A DNA stretch of 64,000 bases from NCBI GenBank assembly GCA_043826455.1, contig JBDRQD010000055.1:19380-83379 (forward strand). The letters are read 5' to 3'. The notes beneath the pieces were generated by a model that was not told the origin of the DNA, ran no database searches, and worked only from the letters and a program-made list of their open reading frames with translations. Positions 30,448 through 39,217 of the stretch are shown piece by piece. The translations under genes and the position numbers were made by a program. Position 1 is the stretch's first letter. Every line of letters starts with the position of its first letter. Source of the DNA: Candidatus Bathyarchaeota archaeon (GTDB taxonomy: Archaea; Thermoproteota; Bathyarchaeia; TCS64).

Positions 30448-31139
30448 TCTATTCTCCTGATGATTTTCACTGCTTCCTTCAGGTTACTAGTCTCGTAGTC
30501 CGGCTGCTGCTCGGGGCTCGACGGCTTCTCCTCCATGTCCCTGTTCACCCAGATGGTCCAGATGCCAACCAGCTTGGCCGGCCTTATGTCGCTGAGAGGC
30601 GTATCCCCCACGCTCACAGTCTCCCGGGGCTTCGACCCCAGAATACTCAGGGCCTTCCTGTAGTACCCTGGCTCCGTCTTGAGGAGCCCCAGCTTCGGCT
30701 CGCTGAAGGTCTCAGTGAAGTAGCTTTTCCCTGTCCGCTTCTCCAGGGTCTCGGCCTTCCTCTCGGCCCCGAAGCCTGTGCTCAGGCAGAGGGTGACCCC
30801 CATCTCCTTGAGCGCATCCAGCGCGGGGATGACGTCAGGGTAGTATATGGGGTCAGCCTGGGCCTTCTCGTTGGCCTCCTCGAACTTTGTGCATATCTCC
30901 TCGGCCGCGGTCTTGTCGAAAGGGAGCCTGAGCTGGTCGAATAGGAGCCTGCAGTGGAATATGGCGTCGTCGTGGCGGTCCAGGTACCTGGTGTGGATTA
31001 GGGCCCTGTGGACGTCGTACACCCAGATCCTGTACAGGTCCTCCCCGCTGTAGCCCAGGACGCCATCCAGGCTCCTCTCCATGACGCCGTCCATGTCGTG
31101 GATGGTGCTGTCGTAGTCCATGAGGACGGTCCTGATCAT
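30444..31139 (-). CDS. HAD-superfamily hydrolase
   Basis: DYDST motif I, ST motif II, K, VGD...DI..A..G. Confidence 0.88.
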   Translation of the reverse strand: MIRTVLMDYDSTIHDMDGVMERSLDGVLGYSGEDLYRIWVYDVHRALIHTRYLDRHDDAIFHCRLLFDQLRLPFDKTAAEEICTKFEEANEKAQADPIYYPDVIPALDALKEMGVTLCLSTGFGAERKAETLEKRTGKSYFTETFSEPKLGLLKTEPGYYRKALSILGSKPRETVSVGDTPLSDIRPAKLVGIWTIWVNRDMEEKPSSPEQQPDYETSNLKEAVKIIRRID

Positions 31140-31183
31140 GGTTCAAGGGATGCCGCGGCTTTATTTAACACCCGGCCCATTCA

Positions 31184-31564
31184 ATGGGTATGAGGGTCAG
31201 GGTTCCCGAGGCGGTGCTGGGGGGGATTATGGAGCTGGCCGTGGGCGCCCACCCCCGGGAGATGATAATGCTCCTCAGGGGCGAGAGGGCCGGCGGAGAT
31301 GTGAAGATCACGGAGACTCTTTTTCCGCCCATGGGCGTGGGGGGCAGGGGCTTCGCCAGCTTCCCCGTCCACATGCTGCCCATCGACCTGAGCATAGTGG
31401 GCACGGTTCACAGTCACCCCTCGGGCAACCTCAGCCCCTCACAGGGGGACTTTAACGGCTTCTACGGGCGCATCATGATGATCGTTGGGCCTCCCTTCGA
31501 CAGGTCAGCCGTGGCCGTGTACGACAGGCGGGGCGAGAGGCTGGAGGTCGAGGTGGTCGGCTGA
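31184..31564 (+). CDS. JAMM/MPN+ (Mov34) metalloprotease
   Basis: HPRE...GTVHSHPSG...PS..D JAMM motif. Confidence 0.9.
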   Translation: MGMRVRVPEAVLGGIMELAVGAHPREMIMLLRGERAGGDVKITETLFPPMGVGGRGFASFPVHMLPIDLSIVGTVHSHPSGNLSPSQGDFNGFYGRIMMIVGPPFDRSAVAVYDRRGERLEVEVVG

Positions 31565-32161
31565 GTGGGCTCTAAGCGGCTGAGCACGGCCAAGGCCGTG
31601 TCCCTCGTCTTCAACGCCCCGTTCCTGGCGGTGTGCACGTTCCTCTACGTCTACCTGAGAGCAGAGCCTACTCCCGGCTATGGGCTGATGGTAGCCGCCG
31701 CGTTCTTCTCGGGTGTTCTGCCCATCCTCCTGATACTGTACATGAAGAGGAGCGGAATAGTGTCCGAGATGATGGTGGATAGCAGGGAGGACAGGACCAG
31801 GCCCTTCCTGGGGGCCCTGGCCAGCTACCTTCTCGGCGCTGCGTTTCTACGTCTCCTGGGTGCTCCCCCAGGCATGGTCTACCTCATGGCCTGCTACTTC
31901 GTGAACAGTCTCGCCATGATGCTCATCACCCTAAGGTACAAGATCAGCATCCACGCCGCCGGTGTGGCGGGCCCCTCCGTGTTCCTGGTCCGCCTGTATG
32001 GTTTAGCCATCTGGCCCTTCCTGCTGGTGGCCGCTGTCGTCTCTTGGGCCCGGTACCAGCTTGAGGTGCACACCGTCTGGCAGCTCATACTGGGCCTCTT
32101 GGTCACCGGGCTGCTTACCTACGTCCAGTTGGAGGTCTACCCTTTCATCCTCCCACTATGA
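31565..32161 (+). CDS. Integral membrane protein, PAP2-like C-terminus
   Basis: Multiple TMs; KISIHAAG, WAR..L..HT..Q. Confidence 0.7.
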   Translation: MGSKRLSTAKAVSLVFNAPFLAVCTFLYVYLRAEPTPGYGLMVAAAFFSGVLPILLILYMKRSGIVSEMMVDSREDRTRPFLGALASYLLGAAFLRLLGAPPGMVYLMACYFVNSLAMMLITLRYKISIHAAGVAGPSVFLVRLYGLAIWPFLLVAAVVSWARYQLEVHTVWQLILGLLVTGLLTYVQLEVYPFILPL

Positions 32162-32345
32162 TGGGGAAGATGGCGACCTCGTCCCCCGGTGCAAGCCTGG
32201 CCGAGTCCCATAGCCGTTTGCCGTTGACGACGACACCCACGACTCTTCTGTCGTAGGCGTAGAGGGTCTCCTCCCCCAGCCCGGCTATGAACTCCCGGAG
32301 AGTGGATGCTTCCTCCACCGTCAGGGTCATGGGCTTGGGGTACAC
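32145..32345 (-). CDS. MoaD/ThiS/SAMP ubiquitin-like protein (start uncertain)
   Basis: VVNG....L..GDEVAIFPIIVGG C-terminal di-glycine. Confidence 0.8.
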   Translation of the reverse strand: MYPKPMTLTVEEASTLREFIAGLGEETLYAYDRRVVGVVVNGKRLWDSARLAPGDEVAIFPIIVGG

Positions 32346-32370
32346 GGTTATGAACTGTGAATGGCTGCAG

Positions 32371-32769
32371 TTAATCCTTGTCTAGGCCCATATCCCTGCG
32401 CCGCTGCAGGTACCGGCGGTACCAGGTGTCAACGTTGTCCCTGGTGACGTGGCTCTTGTGGTGCCTGAAGCCGCCCTTGAAGCCCTGGGGGATGTGCATG
32501 AGCTCGTGGATGAGGGTCCTGTTCTGGACCTCCACGGGGTAGAAGTCGAATAGCTCGTGGATGACCTCGATGATGTAGGTGGGCTCCATCCTCATGGCCT
32601 CCTGCCATATCTTGCCCAGGCCGTGGATGCGGGCGATGGTGCGCTTGGCCTCGCTGCCCCTGCTCCTGACGCAGTAGATCCTCGCCAGGTCCACGTGGTC
32701 GAACCTGAGGAGCTCAGTGATCTCCGTGATGCGTCTCTTGATGTCCGGGGCCTCGAAGTACTCGATCAC
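32371..32769 (-). CDS. Putative zincin metallopeptidase
   Basis: LIHELMHIP HExxH; ARIHGL. Confidence 0.8.
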   Translation of the reverse strand: MIEYFEAPDIKRRITEITELLRFDHVDLARIYCVRSRGSEAKRTIARIHGLGKIWQEAMRMEPTYIIEVIHELFDFYPVEVQNRTLIHELMHIPQGFKGGFRHHKSHVTRDNVDTWYRRYLQRRRDMGLDKD

Positions 32770-32841
32770 GGGTGTGCATGGGTGCCGGCGCGTAAAAACT
32801 CAGCGGCAAAGCTTATTGGATGGATGATCCATCCAATAACC

Positions 32842-33378
32842 GTGGACTTGGAGAGAGAGCTGACCCCCGCCAGGAAGGCGTCCCTGCTGGCCGTGTTCAC
32901 GGCTGCGGCGGTGGCCACCAACTACCTGCTAATCGGGGTGGTTAACGTGAAGTTTATGGACCTCATTGTGTTCTCGGGGGGGTACCTGTATGGGGCCGGT
33001 TTCGGCGCCACCCTTGGGGCCATGGTCTGGCTTGTGTACGGCACGGTCAACCCCTACGGGTTTAACCTGCCGACGCTGGCGGCGACCATGCTGGGGGAAA
33101 CTTTGTACGGGGTGGCCGGTGGGGTCATCAGGAGGAGCATGGGTGTGAGGCCGGGGTGGAGCCCTGATGCTCGTCTGGGGGTGGTGGGTTTTCTGCTTAC
33201 CTTCGTGTACGACCTCTTCACCAACGTGGTCTCCGCCTACGTGGCGGGGGTGCCTGTGGCCGTGGCCCTCATTGGGGGCGTTCCCTTCGCCCTGCTGCAC
33301 GAGGTGAGTAACGCCGTCTTCTTCTCGGTAGGTGTCCCGCCTCTCCTCCAGGCCGTGAAAAGAGTTGAAACATCATGA
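32842..33378 (+). CDS. ECF transporter S component (CbrT/cobalamin-like)
   Basis: NVKFMDLIVF..G...G; ~6 TMs; HE.SN; followed by a DUF4430-like gene. Confidence 0.7.
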   Translation: MDLERELTPARKASLLAVFTAAAVATNYLLIGVVNVKFMDLIVFSGGYLYGAGFGATLGAMVWLVYGTVNPYGFNLPTLAATMLGETLYGVAGGVIRRSMGVRPGWSPDARLGVVGFLLTFVYDLFTNVVSAYVAGVPVAVALIGGVPFALLHEVSNAVFFSVGVPPLLQAVKRVETS

Positions 33379-33821
33379 TCAGTGATTCGAGCTACAAGTG
33401 GGTGGCCGCGGCTCTCCTGTGCACTACCTTCGTCTCGGGGGCCGCCGCCCTATACCTGAACAACAGGGTGAACACCCTGGAGGCGGACTACATGAAGGCC
33501 CTCAATGAGCTGGAGGAGTTTACAGTGACAGTGGACATCATGATAGACTACGGCAACGGCACAGTGGCCTGGTACAATGAGACCCGGGTCGCTGCCGGCG
33601 AGTCCCTCCTGGAAGCTTCCGGGCGGGTGGCTGAGCTGGACTACTCGGTTACCGAGTACGGGGCCTTCGTCAACGCGGTGAACGGGGTCAGCGGTGAGCC
33701 CAACAAGTACTGGATGTGGAGCTACTACGACGGGGGCTGGCAGTATGGACCCGTGGGGGCCGACCAGTGGAGGCTCCACAGCGGTGACAGGGTTGCCTGG
33801 GTCTACACGGGATTCTCATAA
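33375..33821 (+). CDS. Membrane-anchored DUF4430 / transcobalamin C-terminal-like protein
   Basis: YGAFVNAVNGV...YWMW......GA....L..GD.V.W.Y. Confidence 0.75.
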   Translation: MISDSSYKWVAAALLCTTFVSGAAALYLNNRVNTLEADYMKALNELEEFTVTVDIMIDYGNGTVAWYNETRVAAGESLLEASGRVAELDYSVTEYGAFVNAVNGVSGEPNKYWMWSYYDGGWQYGPVGADQWRLHSGDRVAWVYTGFS

Positions 33822-33852
33822 AACTTAACCGGGGCAGGGTGAATCAGAGACC

Positions 33853-34455
33853 GTGAACCCCGTCGAGACCCTCTACGCCTTGTCTGGGAAGGAGGCACCC
33901 GGCCGCTCACCGGAGTTCACTGCAGCCCACGTGCTCATGGCTCTGCGGATAATAGGGGAGCGGGGCCCGGGCAGGCAGCAGCTCTCCGCTGAGCTCCGGC
34001 TGGGGGAGGGCACCGTCAGGAACCTGCTGAGGAGGCTAACGGAGGAGGGACTTGTGTCATCCACAAGGCGGGGCGTAGCGCTGACGGCAGAGGGGGAGGG
34101 GCTGATGGACGAGCTGGGGGCGGTCATCAGGGGCAGGCCTGTTCCCAGGAGCCGGCTCACTGTGGGGGAGCACAACCACGCTGTGCTGGTGAAGGGGGGC
34201 GCCGCCGGGGTCCGTTTCGGCGTGGAGCAGAGAGACAGAGCCCTCATGTCTGGTGCGTTGGGCGCCACGACCCTGGTGGTGGAGGGTGGGGGCCTCAAGG
34301 CGCCGGCCCTTGCGGATGTGGTCGAGGAGGCTCTGAGGGACGGCATCACGGAGCTCTCTCCTGAGGACGGAGACGCCGTGATAATTGGCACGGGCGACTC
34401 CCCCTTCTGGGCGGAGATCGGAGCCCTCTCCGCTGGCCTGGAGATGCTTCGTTAG
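33853..34455 (+). CDS. wHTH-containing protein (DUF4443-like)
   Basis: GRQQLSAEL.LGEGTVR; G.EQRD.A...GA.GATTL. Confidence 0.8.
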   Translation: MNPVETLYALSGKEAPGRSPEFTAAHVLMALRIIGERGPGRQQLSAELRLGEGTVRNLLRRLTEEGLVSSTRRGVALTAEGEGLMDELGAVIRGRPVPRSRLTVGEHNHAVLVKGGAAGVRFGVEQRDRALMSGALGATTLVVEGGGLKAPALADVVEEALRDGITELSPEDGDAVIIGTGDSPFWAEIGALSAGLEMLR

Positions 34456-34465
34456 GCTGATTGGT

Positions 34466-35474
34466 CTCAATATTTTAACCCCCAAACCCAAACCCAATTT
34501 CTTTCAATTTTTTTTCTGTATTCTTTTTATTTCTCTCTTTCCATACCACTTATCATGTATATCATGTATTTCACAAAAAGTCGCGCGCAAAATAGAGTTA
34601 AATAAACCTTTTAACTATTTTTAGATCATGACTTCTGAAAAAGGGAAAACCGCGGATGAGGTCATCAAATTAACTCAAGAGTTGAAGGAATACGCTAAGT
34701 CATACAGCTCCTGGCAGACACGCGCAGACCTCGTGGGGATAATCCCAGCGGAGAGGCTTGATGAGATACCCAGCTACCGGCAAGATTGGATGAATACATC
34801 CACCATGAAAACAACGGAGCAGATGAAGGACGCCAAATCAATCATTCTCCTCGGATACCATGCTTCAGATGACATCTATGAGGTCGTTGTGAGAAAGGGA
34901 GACTCAGCACAATTCCTCGGATACCTCCCATTAGGAATAAATCAACGAGAATTAATCCGTCAACTTCAGGCCAAGGGATTCGAGGCGAAGGTGGCTGACG
35001 ATAGGCTGCCGAAGAAGCAGATGGCTAGGCTGGCGGGATTCGGCAACTATGGTAAAAACGCTCTTATAATCACCCCAAAATATGGTCCTTGGATCAGGCT
35101 AGCTGCGATTATCACCAACGCCGAGTTCGTTTACGATGAGCCGTTCGATAAGGATCTCTGCGGAGACTGCGATAAATGTGTCAAAGCCTGCCCGACTGGG
35201 GCATTGACCCCTTACAGGATTGATTATACGAAATGTCTCGTTAACCCATATGATTATGATGACTGGGCTAAACTGATCTCAGGCGAGTTAAAATTTAGTG
35301 AAAAGTTCAGCAAAACGCCAGATGTTGACACAATCTTTAGCAAGCACAGCCCGAGACTCACCGACAATTCGGTATTGATGTGCATGACCTGTCAGAGGGC
35401 TTGCCCATATGGGAGAAAAGAGCGAGGGTTAGAGAAGAAAAGTTAGGTTTGGGTTTGGGGCTCAATATTTTAAC
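34466..35474. mobile_element. Non-autonomous single-gene cassette: 14-bp direct repeats (CTCAATATTTTAAC, 34466-34479 and 35461-35474) outside perfect 15-bp inverted repeats (CCCCAAACCCAAACC 34480-34494; GGTTTGGGTTTGGGG 35446-35460)
   Basis: Repeats read directly; enclosed DNA is AT-richer than its flanks; no transposase inside. Confidence 0.8.
34628..35446 (+). CDS. Epoxyqueuosine reductase (QueG)/reductive dehalogenase-like 2x[4Fe-4S] protein
   Basis: ADLVGI, ARLAGFG.YGKN.LIITPKYGPWIRL..I.T, CGDCDKCVKACP, CMTCQRACP. Confidence 0.85.
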   Translation: MTSEKGKTADEVIKLTQELKEYAKSYSSWQTRADLVGIIPAERLDEIPSYRQDWMNTSTMKTTEQMKDAKSIILLGYHASDDIYEVVVRKGDSAQFLGYLPLGINQRELIRQLQAKGFEAKVADDRLPKKQMARLAGFGNYGKNALIITPKYGPWIRLAAIITNAEFVYDEPFDKDLCGDCDKCVKACPTGALTPYRIDYTKCLVNPYDYDDWAKLISGELKFSEKFSKTPDVDTIFSKHSPRLTDNSVLMCMTCQRACPYGRKERGLEKKS

Positions 35475-35587
35475 GCCAACCCAAATCCACATGCTCCCTC
35501 TCACACATTCACACACAAGCACATGTTAGAATTGAGCGCGTACGCTCGCTCTATTCTTAAGGGCCTCAAAAAAAGGGAAGTGGTTGT

Positions 35588-35848
35588 TTACTGGCTGAAG
35601 TAATCCATTTCTAAATGCGAAACTTTGCTATAGTCTCTTGATAGTTTCCTGCCCATCTCCATCCATTTCTCGAATGTCTCCGCCTCGAAGAAGTATGCCC
35701 AGTGATACTTCTTGTTGTGGGGGCCCCATCGTCCCATGTATTTTACTCCTGTCTCTTTACAGGCTTTCTCGACCTCTTTGTCCCACTTCTTCAGTTCTTC
35801 CATTGTTCCATCCCAGTCGATGTACTCGATAATCCTCATCTTTTTCAT
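35588..35848 (-). CDS. Hypothetical protein (possible dimeric alpha/beta-barrel)
   Basis: 86-aa ORF with its own AT-rich promoter and non-host codon usage. Confidence 0.7.
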   Translation of the reverse strand: MKKMRIIEYIDWDGTMEELKKWDKEVEKACKETGVKYMGRWGPHNKKYHWAYFFEAETFEKWMEMGRKLSRDYSKVSHLEMDYFSQ

Positions 35849-36059
35849 CCTCTCTTCTTTTTTTTATTTAAAAGAACAAATAAAAAACAATTAATTAACT
35901 ATTTAAATTTTTTTTGCGGGAGATTTAGCTATCCATCCCTCAACCCCGTGCAGAGCCTTTCGTACCCATCAAATTCCTTTTGGTTGGGCCTTAATTAATA
36001 GGGCAATCATGTGCGTAGCCGTTGGTTAATGCTAAATGGGCTGAAGTCATGTCTCATCT

Positions 36060-36509
36060 ATGTACCACTTCGGCTACGGCTCCAACCTCAACCAGGGGTT
36101 CCTGCGCCAGTACTGCCCCAGCGCAGAGTTCGTCATGAAGGCTTACCTGCCCAACTACGAGGTCCAGTTCCGGTTCTGGAGCAAGAGGCGTCAGGGGGGC
36201 ATCAGCACAATCATCGAGAAGCCGGGGAGCTTGGTCCACGGCGTCGTCTACGAGGTGCCTGAGGCGGAGCTGCTGGTTTTGGATGAGCTGGAGAGCGTCC
36301 CCCAGGGGCTCTACAGACGCGAAAAGTTCCTGGTCCTGGATGAGTGGGGCAAGTGGCAGGAGGCCGACCTGTACCGCGTCGCCGCCCCCCAGGGCCCCTT
36401 CACGCCCTCCAGGAGCTACGTGGAGCTCATGCTCACGGGGGCCCGGGAGCATGGTCTGGACCCCGGATACGTGAAGAAGATAGAGGAAATACTCGCCAGG
36501 TCAGTGTGA
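36060..36509 (+). CDS. Gamma-glutamylcyclotransferase family protein
   Basis: FGYGSNL, V.GVVY, LDELE, PS.SY...GA.EHGL. Confidence 0.9.
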   Translation: MYHFGYGSNLNQGFLRQYCPSAEFVMKAYLPNYEVQFRFWSKRRQGGISTIIEKPGSLVHGVVYEVPEAELLVLDELESVPQGLYRREKFLVLDEWGKWQEADLYRVAAPQGPFTPSRSYVELMLTGAREHGLDPGYVKKIEEILARSV

Positions 36510-38174
36510 GGCCTCGTAGACCACCTCGCCGCCAACGATGGTCATGAGGACCCTGGCTTTCACTATCTCCTCGGGGTTCACCCTGGTGATGTCCCTGTCC
36601 AGGGCCACGAAGTCGGCCAGCTTCCCCGGCTCCACGCTGCCTTTGGTTGCCTCGCTTCCCTCTAGATAGGCGGCGTTCAAAGTGTAGGCCCTTATGGCGT
36701 CCATGATGCTGATGGCCTCACCCTTGCAGAGGACTTGCCCTGTCCTGGACTTCCGGGTGACGCACCCGTAGATGCCTGTCAGCGCCCAGCTGGAGCCGAA
36801 GCCGTCGCTGTTGCCTGCTGCCACGATGCCGTGGTCCTTGAAGCTTTTCATGGGGTAGTACCCGCAGAGGCGGCTCTGCCCCAGGGCCGCGATGTGGCTG
36901 TCCCCTATGGGGTAGCAGAAGCCTATGGAGGCTGAGACGTTGACGCCCAGCTCCTTCATCTTCTTCAGCTGCCTGGGGAGCACGTAGCCGGCGTGCTCTA
37001 TCCTGTGGCGGTGGCCCGGCCAGCGCCTGGACTTTACGGCTGCCTCGATGGCCTCCAGGGCCATGTCTATGGCGCGGTCTCCTATGGCGTGGGTGCAGGT
37101 GCGGAGCCCTGCCCTGTGGCAGCGGACCACCTCGTCCGTTAGGTCCTCCTGGGTGCAGCGGACGATGCCCTTGTTGCCCGGGTCGTTGCTGTAGTCCTCG
37201 TGGAGGGCCGCCGTCAGGCTGCCCATGGCCCCGTCCACCCCCACCTTGACGCCCACAACGTAGAGCCTGTCGCTCCAATAGAATGGGGTCGTTATTCCCT
37301 GCCGTGTGAGGTCGTCTGCGGCGTACCCCTTATAGGGGGTCATCCCGTCCAGCATGAGGCCCACCCTCATCCTCAGCCTGCCCTCACGCTCCAGCTTCTG
37401 GTAGGCGAGGGCCTGGGGCGCCTTTATGTGGGCCTCGTGTACGGTGGTGATGCCCCAGCTGAGGAGCTCCTCCTCTATGGTGGGCCAGTTCCTGGACAGC
37501 AGCTCCACCTCCTCCTCAGGCCCCGGCTGAGGTATCCTGTCCCTGACCATGTCCATGGCGGCGATCTCGTCCAGCCGTCCCGTGGGCTCACCGTTCTCAT
37601 CCCTCTCGATGTTGCCTCCGTGGGGCTGGGGCGTGTCCTTGGTGATGCCCGCCAGCTCTAGGGCCAGGCTGTTGGCCACGGCGTTGTGGCCCCCTGCCCT
37701 GCCCAGGTAGATGGGGTGGACGGTTGATGCCTTGTCTAGGTCGTACCTGTTGGGGAACCGTTTGTCCTTCCACTGGCTCTCGTCGAACCAGCTTCCCACA
37801 ACCCACTCGCCCTCCGTCTTGGACCCGGCCTTGGCCTTGAGGGCCTCCACCGCCTCACCCAGGGCGCCCATGGCCTTACAGTTCACCCAGTCCAGCTGGA
37901 GGCCCCGCCTGATGCAGTGCTCGTGGGTGTCGATGAACCCCGGGAAGAGGGCCCGCCCCTTCAGGTCGATGATCTTGGTCTTCCTGCCGGCCAGCTTCTT
38001 GACGTCCACGGTTGACCCCACCCTGAGCACCCTGCCGTCCTTCACTGCCACGGCCTCAGCCACGGAGTCGAAGGGGTTGACGGTTATGACCCGCCCGTTC
38101 ACCAGAACCAGGTCAGCTAAAAGCTCCTCGGGGAGAACGCCTGACAAAATTTCACCTGGTTTAGATTGGGGCAT
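36501..38174 (-). CDS. Amidohydrolase 3 (YtcJ-like)
   Basis: PGFIDTHEH, DG.MGS.TA, HAIGDRA, RIEHA, GSVEPGKLADFV. Confidence 0.92.
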   Translation of the reverse strand: MPQSKPGEILSGVLPEELLADLVLVNGRVITVNPFDSVAEAVAVKDGRVLRVGSTVDVKKLAGRKTKIIDLKGRALFPGFIDTHEHCIRRGLQLDWVNCKAMGALGEAVEALKAKAGSKTEGEWVVGSWFDESQWKDKRFPNRYDLDKASTVHPIYLGRAGGHNAVANSLALELAGITKDTPQPHGGNIERDENGEPTGRLDEIAAMDMVRDRIPQPGPEEEVELLSRNWPTIEEELLSWGITTVHEAHIKAPQALAYQKLEREGRLRMRVGLMLDGMTPYKGYAADDLTRQGITTPFYWSDRLYVVGVKVGVDGAMGSLTAALHEDYSNDPGNKGIVRCTQEDLTDEVVRCHRAGLRTCTHAIGDRAIDMALEAIEAAVKSRRWPGHRHRIEHAGYVLPRQLKKMKELGVNVSASIGFCYPIGDSHIAALGQSRLCGYYPMKSFKDHGIVAAGNSDGFGSSWALTGIYGCVTRKSRTGQVLCKGEAISIMDAIRAYTLNAAYLEGSEATKGSVEPGKLADFVALDRDITRVNPEEIVKARVLMTIVGGEVVYEASH

Positions 38175-38206
38175 ACCTATTTAACATCGCACCTCTTTGA
38201 ACCACC

Positions 38207-38842
38207 ATGCCTATCGACGGCTGGGTGACCTTTGTGGCTCTAGGCGACAGCATGACCGCAGGCTTCATGTCGCCCCACGGCTACTTTGGGCCCCGGTACT
38301 ACCCCTACACGGCGGTCCTGGAGGTCCTCATGAGGGGCGGCCTAGGCAGGGGCTGCGGCTTCAACGTAGTGGTAGTGAACAAGGGGGTCAACGGGGACAG
38401 CACCGACGGCATGCTTGAACGGTTCGACCGCAGCGTCGCCCGGGAGGAGCCGGACTACGTCATTCTGTGGGCGGGGATAAACGACCTCTACGCGGGTGCT
38501 AGCCCGGAGCAGGTCGCCGACAACATAGCCGAGATCACGGAGAGAGCCCGTCTGATGGAGGCGGCGCCCATCGTCTGCGCCTTGACCCCCGTGGAGGGCT
38601 CACCCCACTTCAACGAACGGATAAGGGCCCTCAACGCGTTGATACGTGAACACTGCGAAGCCGAGGAGCTCCCCTACGTGGACCTCTACTCAGCGACGGC
38701 CAACCCTGAGCAAAGGCTGGACCCCAGGTACAGCGACGACGGCGTCCACCTCAGCCAGGAGGGTTACACCGTCGTAGCCTACACAATATACCGTGAAGCG
38801 GTGAAGGGGATACTGGAGAAACTGGCCACACAGGATTCCTAG
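38207..38842 (+). CDS. SGNH/GDSL hydrolase
   Basis: GDSMTAG, GVNGD, GINDL, DGVHLS. Confidence 0.92.
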   Translation: MPIDGWVTFVALGDSMTAGFMSPHGYFGPRYYPYTAVLEVLMRGGLGRGCGFNVVVVNKGVNGDSTDGMLERFDRSVAREEPDYVILWAGINDLYAGASPEQVADNIAEITERARLMEAAPIVCALTPVEGSPHFNERIRALNALIREHCEAEELPYVDLYSATANPEQRLDPRYSDDGVHLSQEGYTVVAYTIYREAVKGILEKLATQDS

Positions 38843-38908
38843 GCGCATAACGGCATTTCTCGCCACATTTATAACGAACCTCAGTGGATACGTGGTGAGG
38901 CTTGGGAG

Positions 38909-39217
38909 ATGCCAAAGAAAAGAAGTAGCGGAGGACGCAGCAAAGGAGGGAAAGGGCGGTCCGGCATGGTTCAGTGCAGCTACTGCGGCGCCCAAGTACC
39001 ACGAGACAAGGCCAAGAGGACCACAAGGTACACGAGCCTGGTGGACTCGAGGATCATGAAGGAGCTCAAGGACCAGGGTGCGAGCATAAACCGCACCAAG
39101 ACCACCAAATACCTTTGCATCAGCTGCGCCGTCCACCGCGGAGTGGTTAACATCCGCGCAAAGGAGGACAGACGCTTCGTCCCCCGGCGCAGGAGACCCA
39201 GAGGGCCCTCAGACTAG
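38909..39217 (+). CDS. rps26e: 30S ribosomal protein eS26
   Basis: MPKKR..GGR.K, CSYCG..VPRDKAK, CISCAVH..VV.IR. Confidence 0.95.
   Translation: MPKKRSSGGRSKGGKGRSGMVQCSYCGAQVPRDKAKRTTRYTSLVDSRIMKELKDQGASINRTKTTKYLCISCAVHRGVVNIRAKEDRRFVPRRRRPRGPSD

Noticed and set aside
34451..35474. GTTAGGC (34451) and GTTAGGT (35442) match the integron GTTRRRY core
   Set aside because: The order relative to the AAC-ending motif is the reverse of an attC (RYYYAAC...GTTRRRY), no attC stem is evident, and there is no intI in the window
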